Below, piece by piece: positions 12,090 through 25,539 of a stretch of DNA of 64,000 nt. Where the stretch lies: contig NMRA01000016.1 of NCBI GenBank assembly GCA_002633005.1, positions 1,652,749-1,716,748 on the forward strand, read 5' to 3'. Numbering within the stretch: the first letter of the stretch is position 1; each line of letters begins with the position of its first letter. The notes beneath the pieces were generated by a model. It did no database searches, was not told the DNA's origin, and saw only the letters and a program-made list of their open reading frames with translations. This DNA comes from Phoronis australis (lineage: Eukaryota; Animalia; Phoronida). The translations under genes and the position numbers were made by a program.

Positions 12090-12870
12090 TATACGATGTA
12101 TATAATTCTCTCAGATCAGTTATCGTCAGGAAGGTGGTCAGGTTAAGTAAATCTAAGGCACTTGACTCTCTAAACTGGTGAAGCCTATCGACTCGTCGAA
12201 AACGACACATTGTTGTATATTTTGATAAAAACAACTGGTTTTCATCGTGACCTGTAATCACAGAAAAAGTGCACCAGATCATTTTGGAAAGATTGTTGTA
12301 TGTATATTCAAGGTAGTCCCCGGAATCAATTATTTGTCTATCCTGGAAATTTTAAATTGCTGCACAAAACCCAACACTCGCCCGCTACTCAGAAATACTA
12401 CTGACTATCTCATTCCTCGCTATTACTGGGCCTCTTTCAGGAAATCCATGATTCCCATTGCAATCACACATTGGAAAGCACTCCAACACAATTTAACAAC
12501 TGCTGGACCAATATCCGCCCTGAAACGAACTCAGGACTCACTTCGATAACTTTTTCACAATAACTCCGTCAAATCTTGTCCCAAAAATCCCCTGTCGTAG
12601 TGAGATCATTCTAAATCGCTTCCGATCCCCTCTGTATCCTAACGTTTATCTCTACGTTTTTCGTTGAATTCTTAATTTTAATGAAATAGCTTACCTGTTG
12701 TAAGTCCTGAATAATCATCGTAATATTTCCAATGTTTATTCCACTTTACCAAATAGCAAACTTAAGGTCTAATTCCTCCTGTATGATTCGTCTTCAGTAC
12801 ATATTGTTTCCAATCAGACCCTTGTTGAAGTAGTCGCAGATGTTGTCTGTAATTATAAAAAAACATTTTG
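12090..12870 (+). mobile_element. CR1-clade LINE 3' fragment, decayed
   Basis: Translated pieces LNW*SLSTRRKRH, KVVPGINYLS and ASFRKSMIPIAITHWKAL resemble the CR1 ORF2 C-terminus (LxWxxLxxRR...SFFPxxIxxWNxL). Confidence 0.55.
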
Positions 12871-13789
12871 GTTGATAGTAGTATTTCATCTGGATATAAG
12901 TAAATGTGTACATGCATCTACATGTGTGTGCGCGCGCGCGTGTGCTTGTATGTACATGTATCTATATTATATTCGTGAATGTATTTAACCATTTGTGTCA
13001 TTTGGCGAAAATAAGTTTGAGGTACCAAAGTTAATTTTCTCTCTGCGATAGTTGTAATCGTGATCGTATTCATATATATTGCTATCTTAACCATTCCTAT
13101 GTCTGCATATAATCTTTTCGATTCGATTTGCGGACAGACAAGTTTATTCTGTTAGACGAAATAAACAGTGTTAAAGGTTAAGTAATAGTTGAAATAGCAG
13201 CCGTCGGGTGGCGTGCGCTTAGTACACACTCGAACCTCATGCGTATGTATAACAATACTATATGATTTGTTTTAACAATTGGTTGCCGGCACTTTTCAAT
13301 CGCCTTAATTAAGCAGCGACCTTTTTGATAACGTTCGTTTGACTTTTGTGATGCAAATACGACCAGCCAATCACAGAGTAGATGTTTGCAATGTGAACCA
13401 ATAGATTACCATGTTGTTTGCCAACTTACATTTGACATTAGAATGCTGTTCCACTGTTGGACATGCGATTTTGTAATTGCTATATCATCTTATTTTGACG
13501 GTAATATAATAATAGCAAACAAATTATCTTACATTCTGACTCTATCTTACATTCTGGGTCTATTATCCTGACAAAAATTAGTTAATGGCAACGATTTTTT
13601 GAATACTTCTTCATGTTCAACGTAAAATTTTTGAGAGTTTTAACTCAAAAGTTTACCCACCAGTTTGACTCCACCGACTTTGTTGGATATCGTAACAAGC
13701 TTTAATTTCGTGGCAGTTGAAATTAACAACGTAATTAGCCAATAATTGGAATACAGTTGTTATTACGCAATAAGGATTTACGTACCTTG

Positions 13790-14990
13790 TTAATGTTTTC
13801 GGCATTCACTCTGAGGCCTTTCTCAAACTAATGTTGACGTGAGAGGCTGGGACCGTACGTGTGACGTCATCCGGAGTTGGGACATCTGACAGACGTCTCG
13901 GTACGCAGTGGATATACACGTTTGATAGAGCGTACTGTCCAATGTCTCTATTCATGGAGAAGCCTTGTTTTTTAATTTGGAAAGCTTTTCGTATCCATCT
14001 TGTGCTTGTGTTCGTGTCTCGGGACAAAATTTTGCAACTGTCCGAATCAATGACATGATTAAACTGTATAGTAAGATCAGTGACTGCCAAGCTGTGGTAC
14101 TCGGACTGAGAAGCCCATTTATGGTTACGTGTGTAAGAACGGTGTTCCTCAGACTCCACATCTTTGCGATGTTCGGAAAGACGAGTCCCGAGTTTCCTAC
14201 CAGTCTCACCGACATAAGTACTATCACAGATGGCGCACGGTATCTGATAAACTACACCGGTGTTGTCCTCAAAACTCCGTTTGTCGTTGGGATGCACAAT
14301 AAAATTTCTGATCCTGACCGGTTTAGCAGAAATGTTATTGTTTTTCATTACACACTGGCACTCCTCTATGATCCCCTTGACGTAAGGTAACGCTACACTC
14401 CCGATGGTGTCTCTAGGTCTTTTCGAAATGATTACTTGGGATAATCGCAAACGGCAAGAGGGTTCTAAATGTGCTGGCGCTCAGTGATTTTGTCGAGAGG
14501 AACATTAACACTGACATCTATCAAACAGGGTTCGTATAGCCTAACTCCTAACTTTGGTGTAATGTATGATTAGACGAAAATTTCAAATATTGGTCTGTAT
14601 GTGAATTTTTCTGATCCCCAGAAGTTTAACTGATTCGTCGTCCTTTCTGACAATGAGTGTGTTTAGAAAGGGGTACCATCTGATTTCATCTCGTATGTAA
14701 ACTAAGTGCTGCTCGATTTGTCTACCTTGTTCAGATGGTGTGTTAGACGAGACACTTGGTCACTCCGCACAGCCCCCAGGATATCGTTCACATAATGATT
14801 CCACAGTCTGGGCTTCGCATCCAGCGGGACACTGACTAGGGGTTGTTTCTCAAAGTGCTCCATAAAAAGATTGGCAACGAGAGGAGAAACAGGGCTACCC
14901 ATGGCTATGCCGAACCTCTGTGTAGACTACATAATAGACGTGGTTAAACTGGAAATACGTAGTGGTGAGCTGAAACTCCAACAAAAGTAT
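13790..14990 (-). mobile_element. Penelope-like retroelement (RT plus GIY-YIG endonuclease), frameshifted
   Basis: RT: MGSPVSPLVANLFMEHFE...WNHYVNDI (14702-14902); thumb HTDQYLKFSSNH at about 14560-14605; GIY-YIG: GVVYQIPCAICDSTYVGETGRKLGTRLSEH...MNRD (13806-14450). Confidence 0.9.
13806..14450 (-). pseudogene. GIY-YIG endonuclease portion of the Penelope-like ORF
   Basis: LPYVKG...VVYQIPC..C...YVGETGR.L..R..EH motif; disconnected from the RT by frameshifts and stops. Confidence 0.8.
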
Positions 14991-16149
14991 AATGCCACTG
15001 ATAATATTCACCATATTAATAAAAAGGGTAGTAGCGCGTCCGCCATTACATATTTTGATAGATGCGCTGGAAGATTGGAATGGTTCGCAATCTTGCCACT
15101 GCGTGACGCACGTGATTACAGCTGCTCTGGAGAGGTTTTCAATCCTCGCTGGTTCACTACGTGTCCGCAAGGGGTACAGAACACGCTGGTATCATTTAAT
15201 TTTCCTCCGGAATTTTTTTTACACCGGCGTTTCTGATTGGCTGGTCGAATTCTCAACAGCTGGCGCTTTACGTAAACAAACTGGCATGACTGATGGAGGA
15301 TGTGTATTAATGTGGATTATAGTTTGTGGTCTGTTGTGCAGACAAATCGGTGGTTAATTCACGTTTAAGAAATGTGAATGGTAAAGTTGTGGTTGTGCCT
15401 TTTCGGAGTGCATTTTTCTACTGTCGCTGACTTTTGTTGCTGTCCTGCATTCACGCAGTACGAATAGCACACCTCAATCGGCCAGATGTGTGTTTATTGT
15501 GCATACATGTGCTTCAAGCACGTGGCAATTAAACATTACTGCAGGAACGAAATATTTACTGTCAGGCCACTTGCATGACAAAGCTAATCGTTCACAGTTC
15601 GCCATTTTCTTTCTTTAATTGTTGTAAAGCTGACCAATGACTGCCGAGGTTCAACCAGTGATAAAACCCGTGCTACTGACTTCTCAAGGTGATATAAATT
15701 TACTGAAGAATACACAGAACATACAAGGAACTTGAAATAATGACAAACCCCAAACCCAGAAACCGTGAAGCATGATCTGGGATCTGGGTTGTAGACAGTA
15801 CATAGATGAATGTAGTATACACATATAGAACTATATACATGTAAGTAGTATTTAATATAAGTATTCAAATATTTAGATATGCTACTGCGTGCTACTGAAT
15901 GATACCTGCGTGTTCTCTGCCACCAAGCAGACACGCAGGGAACCCGAGATTTTCAATCTCGCCATTACGTGACGCGTGTGATTACGTGCTGCTTGACCTT
16001 CTATCGGGGTCAGACTATGAATGACCCGGAGCGAAGTTCAAGCAGCAGCCAATCGCATAGGTCAACACGTGCGAACCTCGCATGATTTTCGACGCATCTC
16101 TGAGTAATGACGCACGCACTACTCCCTTCTTTTACTTATATTATGGAGG

Positions 16150-16392
16150 GGGAGGGGCTCGGGGGGCTCGAACGAGCCCCCCATTTGGCGAAGTGGGCAA
16201 AAAGGTCCGCCTCCGAGAAACAAAAAGTCCGAGAAAACGAGACAAAAGTCCACTGAAAAGGCACACACGCTCAGTGAAGGTGGTACCCCGTTTTTTGTTC
16301 TCCCGTTTTTTTGTCCTCCCGCTTTTTTGTCAGCAAAAGGTCCACATCGCCAGAAATTTGAGCCCCCCATATGAAAGGCTGGGTACGCACAT
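16150..16392. mobile_element. hAT-like MITE with aaaaggtcc subterminal motifs; related inverted fragment at about 3595-3760
   Basis: gcaaaaggtccacatcgccagaaatttgagcccccc...ctgggtacgcacatg matches the reverse complement of 3595-3655. Confidence 0.55.
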
Positions 16393-18586
16393 GTACACGT
16401 ATGTTTTAACAGATCGAAATTAGGTCCTATGCCACGGATGACTGCCAAAAGTTTCGCAAAATTGAATCCTATTTCCTGAAATTAATTTAAGTCATAAAGA
16501 CAGAATGTAATTACGTAATCAGTGGATCTTCACGATAAAACTTTAATTGAATCCAGTGTCAAATCGTGCGGCAGAAGAGACGTAATGTCGCTAGTTTTCG
16601 AACCGCATTTATTATAAACGGCAAGCTCCCGGGCGCCTTTTAGTCACCATAAACCCACTTTCCGTCAAAAAAAAAATGATTTAGACCATTCATAGTTATG
16701 AAATTGGCATCGACGTGTCCCTTATTAAAATTAGAGGTGATTTCTGAGACAGGAAGGAAATTACGCTTTGTCGTTGTTTGAGACCAGGCTCAATAAACTG
16801 GTTTGCTGCGTTCGGTCATTCTTTGTGCCTAGCTGGGCCTCAAGGCTCAACAAACTGTTAAGCTTTTCAAGAGTAGGAACCACTTTCAGTCTGGGTAAGG
16901 AAAAGGTTTCTTTGATGGAAACCAGGTTTGTAGCAACTTAAATTTACCGCATGTTTTCGGAAAACAAACTATCCTGGTGAGCGATTGTGAAATCAGGAAT
17001 ACGTGATTTACTTTATTAGTTAGTGTTTCCATTTTTACGGAGGTCTCTAAACCCCATCACTTTAAAATGGATTTTATCGATACATCTTGGATATCAATTA
17101 CACCTATTTTGTCAAAATGCTTCTAAAAATTTCCGCAGTGAAAGCTCATCTCGTAACTGTAAAGGAGTTTCTGTGAAGTGTGACGGATGGCATAATATTT
17201 CCAATTTACATTAATTTTCCCTTCCATGACCGTTATTCCAAGTTGATGTGAGTTGTCATCAACCAATATCGACGGCCCTATGCAAATGCCGTTATATTCT
17301 AACCTTTCAATAAGAGCTCGCTGGCATTAAATGATTAATGATGGGGAAATAATCTATCTCATTAGAACATTCGCTCAAACGTGAAACTGGTTCATCCCTC
17401 ATCCAAGAAGGTTAATATGTTTTGGTGGCGTCTGTATGTCAGGTTGTTAAGAGTATTGTGTGAAAGTTATAGGAGTAATTATCTGCTTCACATTTTTTAT
17501 ATAAAAGACTCGACGATACGTATAGTATATTGATTGGATTCAATGAAAAAGGTATATAAGAAGGCATCAGCTGGAAATTAAAAAACATCACTAGTGACCA
17601 CGACACGACAACCAAAAGATATGGTTATACAGCAGATTACATGAATTCACTGACGATGTAAATTAAGTTTAAAGCGAAGCGTCCGATTTTTTCTGTAACA
17701 ATGAATATAGTCACAAAAAAGTGGCCTTGCTTCAGTTTTGTTGAATTAAAGGTACATTATCGGTTTTACGGCCGAAAAATGCATTTTCGAAATTATTCAA
17801 AATGTTAACTTTGACCAGAGCCATAAAACTATAAAATCCGTTGTTTCTGTGATATTTTTACAAGTCGCAAACTCTCGCCTTTGTCTGCTACATGTAGGCA
17901 TTCTCTAAAATCAAGGCCAGCGACTTTACCAGTTTTAATACGGTTAAAATAATTTGCCATACCTCGAGTATGTTTAACTCCTCAAGAAAAAAGCCGTTTG
18001 ACTGCGACCGCGGGGATAGCCACAAGATTCGTGAATAAAAGTTTCGAAGAGTAGAAAAGGCCACCATTTCAACAAAGTGTTACAATAACTGTCAAAGTAA
18101 TGTACACCTCATAATTAATAGAATTTATAGCAGTAACTAGCAGTTATGTGTAATTCTCAGCGTCTTTACATTTTTGTTGAGTGAAATTTATTATTTTTTC
18201 AAAACTAGTTGTGTGAAGCACAAGACTGAATTTCTGACTTAAGTCTTGAGCCACTTTTCCTGAAACCTAAGATTTGTTACCGTGAGTCTCCCACCACATG
18301 TTTCCGTGCAGACGATATTTACCCGTATGAGTTGAAACCTTGATTAACATTTTCAATCCATTATATGCTTTCATACCTCCCCGTATGTTTATCTAGATTA
18401 CATATTCCATCGCGGACTTGTAAGCGTTATATTACTTATTGACTCTTGCCTTTCATAGAGCATTTTCTGATCCGTGGTAGCCGTTGTACTCAACTTCTGT
18501 ACAATAATTTGTAGTCGCATTTTTGACAGTTTGCGTAACCTGTTTTAAAGATAATTTTCTTTACATTCACCAATTTAGAACACCTG

Positions 18587-18740
18587 GGCCCAGTTGCATA
18601 AAAGTTATACGCCGTATAGCAACAATGGCGTGCGTCGCGTTATCACGTGTCACGTAGTTATTGTTCAACAATGCACCAGACGTCATGCAACAATCAAACT
18701 TATTCAGCGGATAACTTTTGAAGCTTTATGCAACTGAGCC
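18587..18740. mobile_element. Harbinger-like MITE
   Basis: TIR ggcccagttgcataaa / tttatgcaactgagcc; 3-bp CTG duplication on both sides. Confidence 0.8.
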
Positions 18741-19027
18741 CTGATGAGTTATGTCATTCGAAAGACATCACTAAAATATAAACATTTCGTAACTTTTTGT
18801 TTGCGTTGTTTTACGTCTCATTTTCATTTATTTTTTTAAGTAGACGGAAACCTCACTACGTAGCATGGCATTTAAGTGTGTACACATAATGCAGTCAGCT
18901 GTCACCGCTACGGCGGTAATTTCAGGTTATGATCCACCACCAAACATAGAGAAATAAACTAAAACATTCATACTGGATTCAGTTAAGCTTGAAAATGTTT
19001 TGAATTTTGTTGAATAAGCATTATCTG

Positions 19028-19177
19028 CCTTCCGTTCAGTGACACTAGGACCTCGCTAAAAAGCAAGACTTCGCGAGATTACGTGAGATGTTGTCGTGTA
19101 TTTTAAACGAGAACACGTGATTCTAGCTAGATTTTAGCTAGGTCCTAGCCTATGTGCTAGCGCTACTGAACGCACGC
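19028..19177. mobile_element. MITE family A copy 2
   Basis: TIR core cgttcagt / actgaacg; CTG on both flanks; reverse orientation to the 38524 copy. Confidence 0.8.
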
Positions 19178-22100
19178 CTGGTCTTAATTCGACTGAACTA
19201 ACCTGCGTTAAAATCTTTTTCATGACGTTTTTAACTAAAATGAAACGGGACAATTTCTTTTAAAGGCCCTGCCATACTGACTTAACTCTGGTCTGAGCGG
19301 AGCTGCGATGTTAACTGAACCGTTCATACCGGCCTCGGTGGGGGGGGGGGGGGGGGGNGAGAGGGATGGGCACAGAACAGTTCTCACATGGTTTGCCTAT
19401 CACACGTCAATGGACTCGTCACCCTGTCTTCAATTTGCCAAAAGCTGCCTGCAAAGAACGAAAACTTTTGAGTCATTCCACATCACATACCCGCATCCAT
19501 TACGACTTGACTCCATCCTGACAGGTGGGTTTTCTCATTTGAGGAATACTTGACACATTAGTGGGCACATGGAACTTTTGAACGACATCTGTCATTTAAC
19601 AATTTTCAAACCGCCCTTTATGTTTGAAATTTTCATTATTTTAAAAATGCGATTTGCCACAACTCCATCGATCGTTCTTAATATTTCCACACTCCGTTAG
19701 CGAGCTAGTTCCAACAGCACACCCGCGGGATCGATACTCGAGCCTCACAGCCATCCAGATTCAGGGCAATTGTTCTAGAAAAATCTTCTCATTACTAGCA
19801 AGCGTTGCTCCTGTCGATTTCGCAGCGAATTGTGTAAAGTAAAGAGTACAGAGTCCAAATAGTGCCTTTCATTTTCTCCAACACGATGTAAATTTACATT
19901 TATACCCAGGTGTTGGTTTGAATATCGTGTATATTTACGTACTTGTACGTGTGTAAAAGCGCTGCATGTAAACGAGGCTTTAGATTTGATGAATGTTCAC
20001 AATCATTAGACAACTTGAATAAAGGTTAACAAAAACTGAAGTCAGCATTTTCAGTTCTGTAATTCCATGGTCATTTAATTTGATTAAACGCCAGAGAACA
20101 TGGAAACACTTTGACGCAGTCTGAAAGGTTGTCTTACGTCGTTTGATCGTGGTGTTTAATCTTGGATTGAAAACGTGTACACCAATGAAATGCTGTATTA
20201 TTTCATTCCGAAAAACGTATTTTGGGAGTTATTTGGATAAGATAGACTTCTTGAAGTTAGCAGGTTTGACCAGAGCTTTAAAATAGAAAAATCTTCACAG
20301 GACGCAAGCGTCGAACAAAGGCATTTCGTATCACCTTTTTGGGGTAGAGTTGACGTCTTGAAGTTACTAGCTTTGATCAGAGGTATTGGACATCAAAATC
20401 TGTGTTTTGTGTTGGCGATTCCTTGAAAAATCTTCCAATCAAAGTTGATCGAAATCGAGGCAGTGGCACGTGTTTGTTGGGCAGTGAAAGTTGGCGTGGA
20501 GCAGTTAGACAGCAGCCGAGGTCCATTTGCACTTCCAAAATTTTTTTGGGGTAGGTCAGGCTTGGGGGGTAGTCTTGGGGCAGGCGTTGCATTTATGCTC
20601 AGTGAATCTGGTTTACTTTGAACACGTTGGGAATAAGAAAAGACCACTGGTTCGGCTGGAGATGTACTCTTCTTCAAAATGGCGAAACCCTGTTGCATTT
20701 GTGCATTGCTGAGTAGCGACTGAGAAATCGGCTGCGACTTCAAGAAGCCCTCAAACTAGTTAGTTGACAGCGCCTTTTGTTTCAGAATCTAATGATGGCC
20801 TGTCGCGCAACGGCAAAGAAATGATGGTTTTGGTGTGAAAGGCGCCAATTTTGTATTTCTGATCATTTCTTCGTAGTCTACCTTNCCTTTTCAGTAGGAG
20901 AAAGGGCGAAACATAGCAGGCAGCCAATAAAGCTTCTGTGCTCAACAGTAGGGATTTTGATGTGAAATGACGCGAAACTTTTCATTCTTTGCATACGCCT
21001 TTCGACAGAGTGGAGAAAAGGTGACAAGTCCATGGATGTGTGTTCTGCTAGGCAAAACCCAATGAGAACTGCTCTGTGCCCCCAAAGTGGACATTGCAAC
21101 TGGCGCAAAAGTGCATCCCAGTTTAACACTTGCTGACTACACGGCTCGACCACGTACGTTGCCCACAAAAAATGAACAAAATTTCGATATATATCGTGGC
21201 ACAAATTTAGATTTTAACTGTAGACTCCCTCTCGTCGCAGTTGGTTTCACCTGGGGATTGCAGTCGACCGTGAAGCCAGCTCAGGATAACCCTGGCTGTT
21301 GATCTGGCTGTCGCGGGCTTTGTCGCTGGTGCTGATCTAAGTCGTTGTAAAAACATGCGTAGTCCCCTGAGTGCGTGTGAGTACAAAGACGAAGAGTCGA
21401 AGCGCATTCGAGGAGTAACTTTTCTAGAATAGGCATTTGGGAACGAAATCGAGCGCTGGAATGCCATTCGAGATGAGTTCAGGAATATTTCCAGTTATCA
21501 CGCTTGCCCGGGTATTGCAAGACAGCCGGATAGATTTGCATTTATTTCTCGTCTTTCAAAGTCTCGTTACATTCATGTTGTTTCTTAGCGTACACCTAAT
21601 AATTATTTTTCAAACGTTTTCAGTATTTGACTACTTAGCCGACTAAATTCCTGCCTGACTCGCAGAAAATTTAGAACGATAACGGCTTTCAATTGTAAAA
21701 CAGTCGTTTTCCTGAATGGACAAATCAGCTTCGAAAAAACTCCTGCTAACTTCGCAAATTGGAGGAGTACATGTGACTATCACCAAAGTACTGTGTTTTT
21801 GGTTATTATGACTGAACTCTGAAATTACATGACATTGTAAATACAATCACGATGGTCACATAAGCAGTACCTGAAAGTGACATCGTCTAATAAGGTGGTC
21901 GAGGGTCATTAACGTCGCAATATTTTGGGAAAAAAGCAACAAATATTCAATTAAGAAAATAAAAGTATTTTCAATCAAAACGCATTGAACTACAGTGATG
22001 CCTGGGAAATAGATACAATTCGAGCATTTATGTTCCACATTTTATCCAACCTTCATTATTGCCGATTATATGCCTCTTTGAAGACTGCGTCATAAGTAAG

Positions 22101-22799
22101 CTCGTCTTTCCCACACAATTACGTTTAACAAAAGTGTCATTGATTTTTAATTCATGCGGCATGCAACCTGTGCATTAAGGTTTTCTTCAACAAATAAGAT
22201 CATGGTGGTTGATAGCTTTATGCATATTGACAGATTGATCACGAACTCTAAGTGCTATGTCTGTAAAACAAATGCCAATCTCTAAAGATTGTCGTATCGT
22301 TTAATGCTACGCTCCGTGTGATGAACGCAACTCGTTTGAATGAGAGTAATTTGTGCAGGCATACGTTCCATACAATTCCATCAGGAGCGTATTTCCCCGC
22401 ATATACGCAGATACGAGGTGCGTACTTGAAAATCCACTAGTCGATACATTTTGAGACACGAAGAATGGATCTCAATGCTATGAGTAACGACGAATACTAA
22501 TATCCAAATAATTAGAGCGTATTACGTTATTGTGTCCTTGACGCCGATATGTAGAAAATCGTAGCCTACAACAGGATTACGTTCTGTGACCCAAGACGCT
22601 CACGAGACACTCGTGCTACGAGAAAACTTCGATTATGGAACGGAATCCGTGAATGTTCTCGCATAGGCCTAGTTCAACAATATCTAATCGGCGATCAATA
22701 CATATATGTATATATTTATTGAATAACTAGGCCTCCGACCCTTGTTACAATCAAATCGCCAAATACAATGCAGGTAAGTGTCAAACACAAACAGTAATA

Positions 22800-23400
22800 C
22801 GATCTCTTCTTCGCTTGAATGCGAAATGAACATATTTACATGTTGACCATATATGGTCTTTTACCTCCATAGTCATGAATCTGTTGAATTTTGTAACATT
22901 AGGATTGTTGTAGCTTTATGCAGGTAAATATCATTTTCTAAGGTCGTCGTAGAATGGACATTCGGTAACAAAATAGTATTCTCACTCGACACAGGGCCTA
23001 ATACAGAGAGGGCATAATCTTTCTGGTCTGCTAAATTTCAAGTGTCTAATTTTTAGTGCATGCGTACTTGCCATATCAGATCTAACATTAACCTTGTCAA
23101 TTACTATTAATTTATTTTCAAAAAATATGTTTGATTTAAAAATCAAGTTTCCAGATTCGTCGAATTGTTCAAAATTTGTTGCCATTTCTGCAGATCAATA
23201 TTTTTACATTTCTGTTGAAAAAGTGATATGAAACTTGTCTTGGAACCTGCGACCTGATTGTACCCTGCTTCTCTAAAACCAAACTGACATAGAAATTTCT
23301 TACCATCATTAACACAACAAGGTTTATCAACATTTTCCGTCATATTGTACTACCATTCACAGCAATGATATGTACATTTTGACGCATCGTCATAATTCTA
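22800..23400 (-). mobile_element. RTE-X-like LINE 3' fragment
   Basis: FISLFQQKCKNIDLQKW, STHALKI...SRPERLCPLC and VE*EYYFVTECPFYDDLRK across frames. Confidence 0.7.
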
Positions 23401-23510
23401 GGAAGTCAATATGCAATCAAGGAATAACGACCCATCTTACCTCAAGTAGCTGATGCAATTGTTAATGAAGAGTGCATTGAAACCATTGAAATTTTTCCTC
23501 ATTAAGTTAA

Positions 23511-24842
23511 GGTTATCTCAAACCTTATTTAGTGGCCTCCATTCTAACTCGTATGTAAGAAACTAAAGCAGGTCAAGTAGTAAAACTATACATTTGTTTC
23601 AAGAAAAAAGATCAGAAAATGCGAAAATATGTTTTGTATTCATGTACCATTATTATTTTTACGTTATCACCTTTTTAAGTCAAATTTCATTTTAAGAAAG
23701 GTACATTCGTACTAAAATAATCCTCGGCCGATTTTAATGAAACCTTTTTAAAAGAAAACTTCACCATTTACCTCAAACACGCTGTTACGAATTTTAGATT
23801 AGTTTTTTCGTTTGGATTCTATGACAAATAAACTCGCAAAACGTAAGGTATTTTTGTAAAATACAACAGTACTTTTATTCGTCTTTGTTACATTACGCAA
23901 AAACTAGACTGATGAATAAATATTAAGTTTGGAAAGTTTAAGCGAAAGCCACTGAGCCGTTTTAAAGAACTTGTGTTCCTAATTTCAAATTAAGTCGATT
24001 TGCCGAAGCGGAGAAAAAGCCGATTAAGTTGGGACGAGTGAAAATCTCAAGGTCTTCGGTTAATTATTTGGTGAAAACTTGTTTTCGGTGAATATAACCT
24101 ATACATAACTTAACCATGTTAGCTATTTCAACATTCTGAATTTGCTGTGTGTTTCGCTGAAACGTATTATCCCTAGCCAAGAAGTGTGCTTAACTGTTGA
24201 CCTACTTAATAGTAGGTCAACAGTTCATTGTTATACACACCACGCGCCGGGAAGACTGATCCGAAACCAAGTAGGAAATGGATGACATAAATTGAGTCGG
24301 TGGTCTAAGCACATCATTTGCATGAGATCGAAACAATGAAATGTCGATTTACTTATTGAATTAAGGAATTTGGGTGAGGGTTTTTATCATTTCACAACTT
24401 GCTATGTTTGTGAGCACAGAGGCGTGTGGCGACTCAGAGCATACGTTTTCAACGTATGCATGTAGACGCACAGTTCCCGCAGGATCAAAACAACGTTTTG
24501 CCTTTGTTTTCCCCGGCACTGTTCTATCATAGGTACATCTTGTTGACCCAGTGTTATGGCGACTCGGTAAATGAAAGGTCTGAGGGTACACATGAAGCTA
24601 CTCTGTGCCTGGCGGGAGATTCGATTTGAGTGACAGCCCTGTAGCCTTTGACCTCGAATAAGTAGTAAACTAATATCCACGCGGTTATGCGGTTCCAAGG
24701 TGGTTCTGCTAAATCTTTTTTTCTTGCTACACGGCATATATTTTGTATTTGAAGTTCCCCGAGATTGAAGATAAGGAATTTTGCTAGACACGTGAAATAT
24801 TGTAAAAATGGCCAATTTTTGTGAATAAGGTTTGACATATCC
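23511..24842. mobile_element. Non-autonomous TTAA-specific TIR element (Kolobok-like), copy 1
   Basis: TTAA|ggttatctcaaaccttatt ... aataaggtttgacatatcc|TTAA; colinear with 40783-42196. Confidence 0.85.
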
Positions 24843-25539
24843 TTAACTGCCTTAGCAGCCTGCGCAAGACCACGAATATTTCGTTGTAATCATTAATCCT
24901 AAATATTTATATGCATTTACAATATTAACAGTATTCCCATCATACATGTACGTCCATTTTTAGTACGATTTTAACTTTAACTTTCCATCCTTCCTGAAAA
25001 CGACTTCGACATGTTAAAGAGGCCTGGAACACGATGAACAGGCTAAATTGCAAAACTAAAAGTGGCTCTCTGCCACTGAAATAGAATTCAACCTGCTCAT
25101 CAGGTATTTTTAGGATTCGCTCGTAGAAAGTTTTAGTTTCTGTTGATATCAAAGTATTTTCTTTTAGTTTCAAATTTCAAAAAATAAACGATTTGTCAAC
25201 TGCCCTCTACGTCGCCGATTTTTCTCCCACAAGGCAAAGCACGTCTCCTTATTTGGTATGGCAAGACAATAGACATCACTAGTCCATGGGCAAGACATAC
25301 ACGTAGCGCAGTTCCCTTACATGGAAAATGTTACCTTTGATCTCAAGCGACTTCAAGCTACTGACAGTGAGCGTTTATCATAAGTGGGAGGGAGATTAGA
25401 AACTCTGTGGTAACCATAGAGTTTTTCCTTCCATCTTATTTAAAAATTTGTGAATTTTGTGATTTTTTTCTGGAAATTTCCTCACAGGGGAAAGTGAATT
25501 AATTTTTTTTTCATCAGGAATTGTTTAAGAGATATCTTT

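Noticed and set aside
15140-15190. VFCTPCGHVV zinc-finger-like peptide (minus strand)
   Set aside because: Too short and not embedded in a supportable ORF
18741-18770. CTGATGA...GAAA canonical hammerhead core
   Set aside because: No stem II pairing, and the CTG is the TSD of the adjacent MITE, so it is a chance match
24361-24838. Similar ORFs here and at 41712-42039 as a conserved gene
   Set aside because: The similarity comes from two copies of a non-autonomous TIR element, and the reading frames are not preserved
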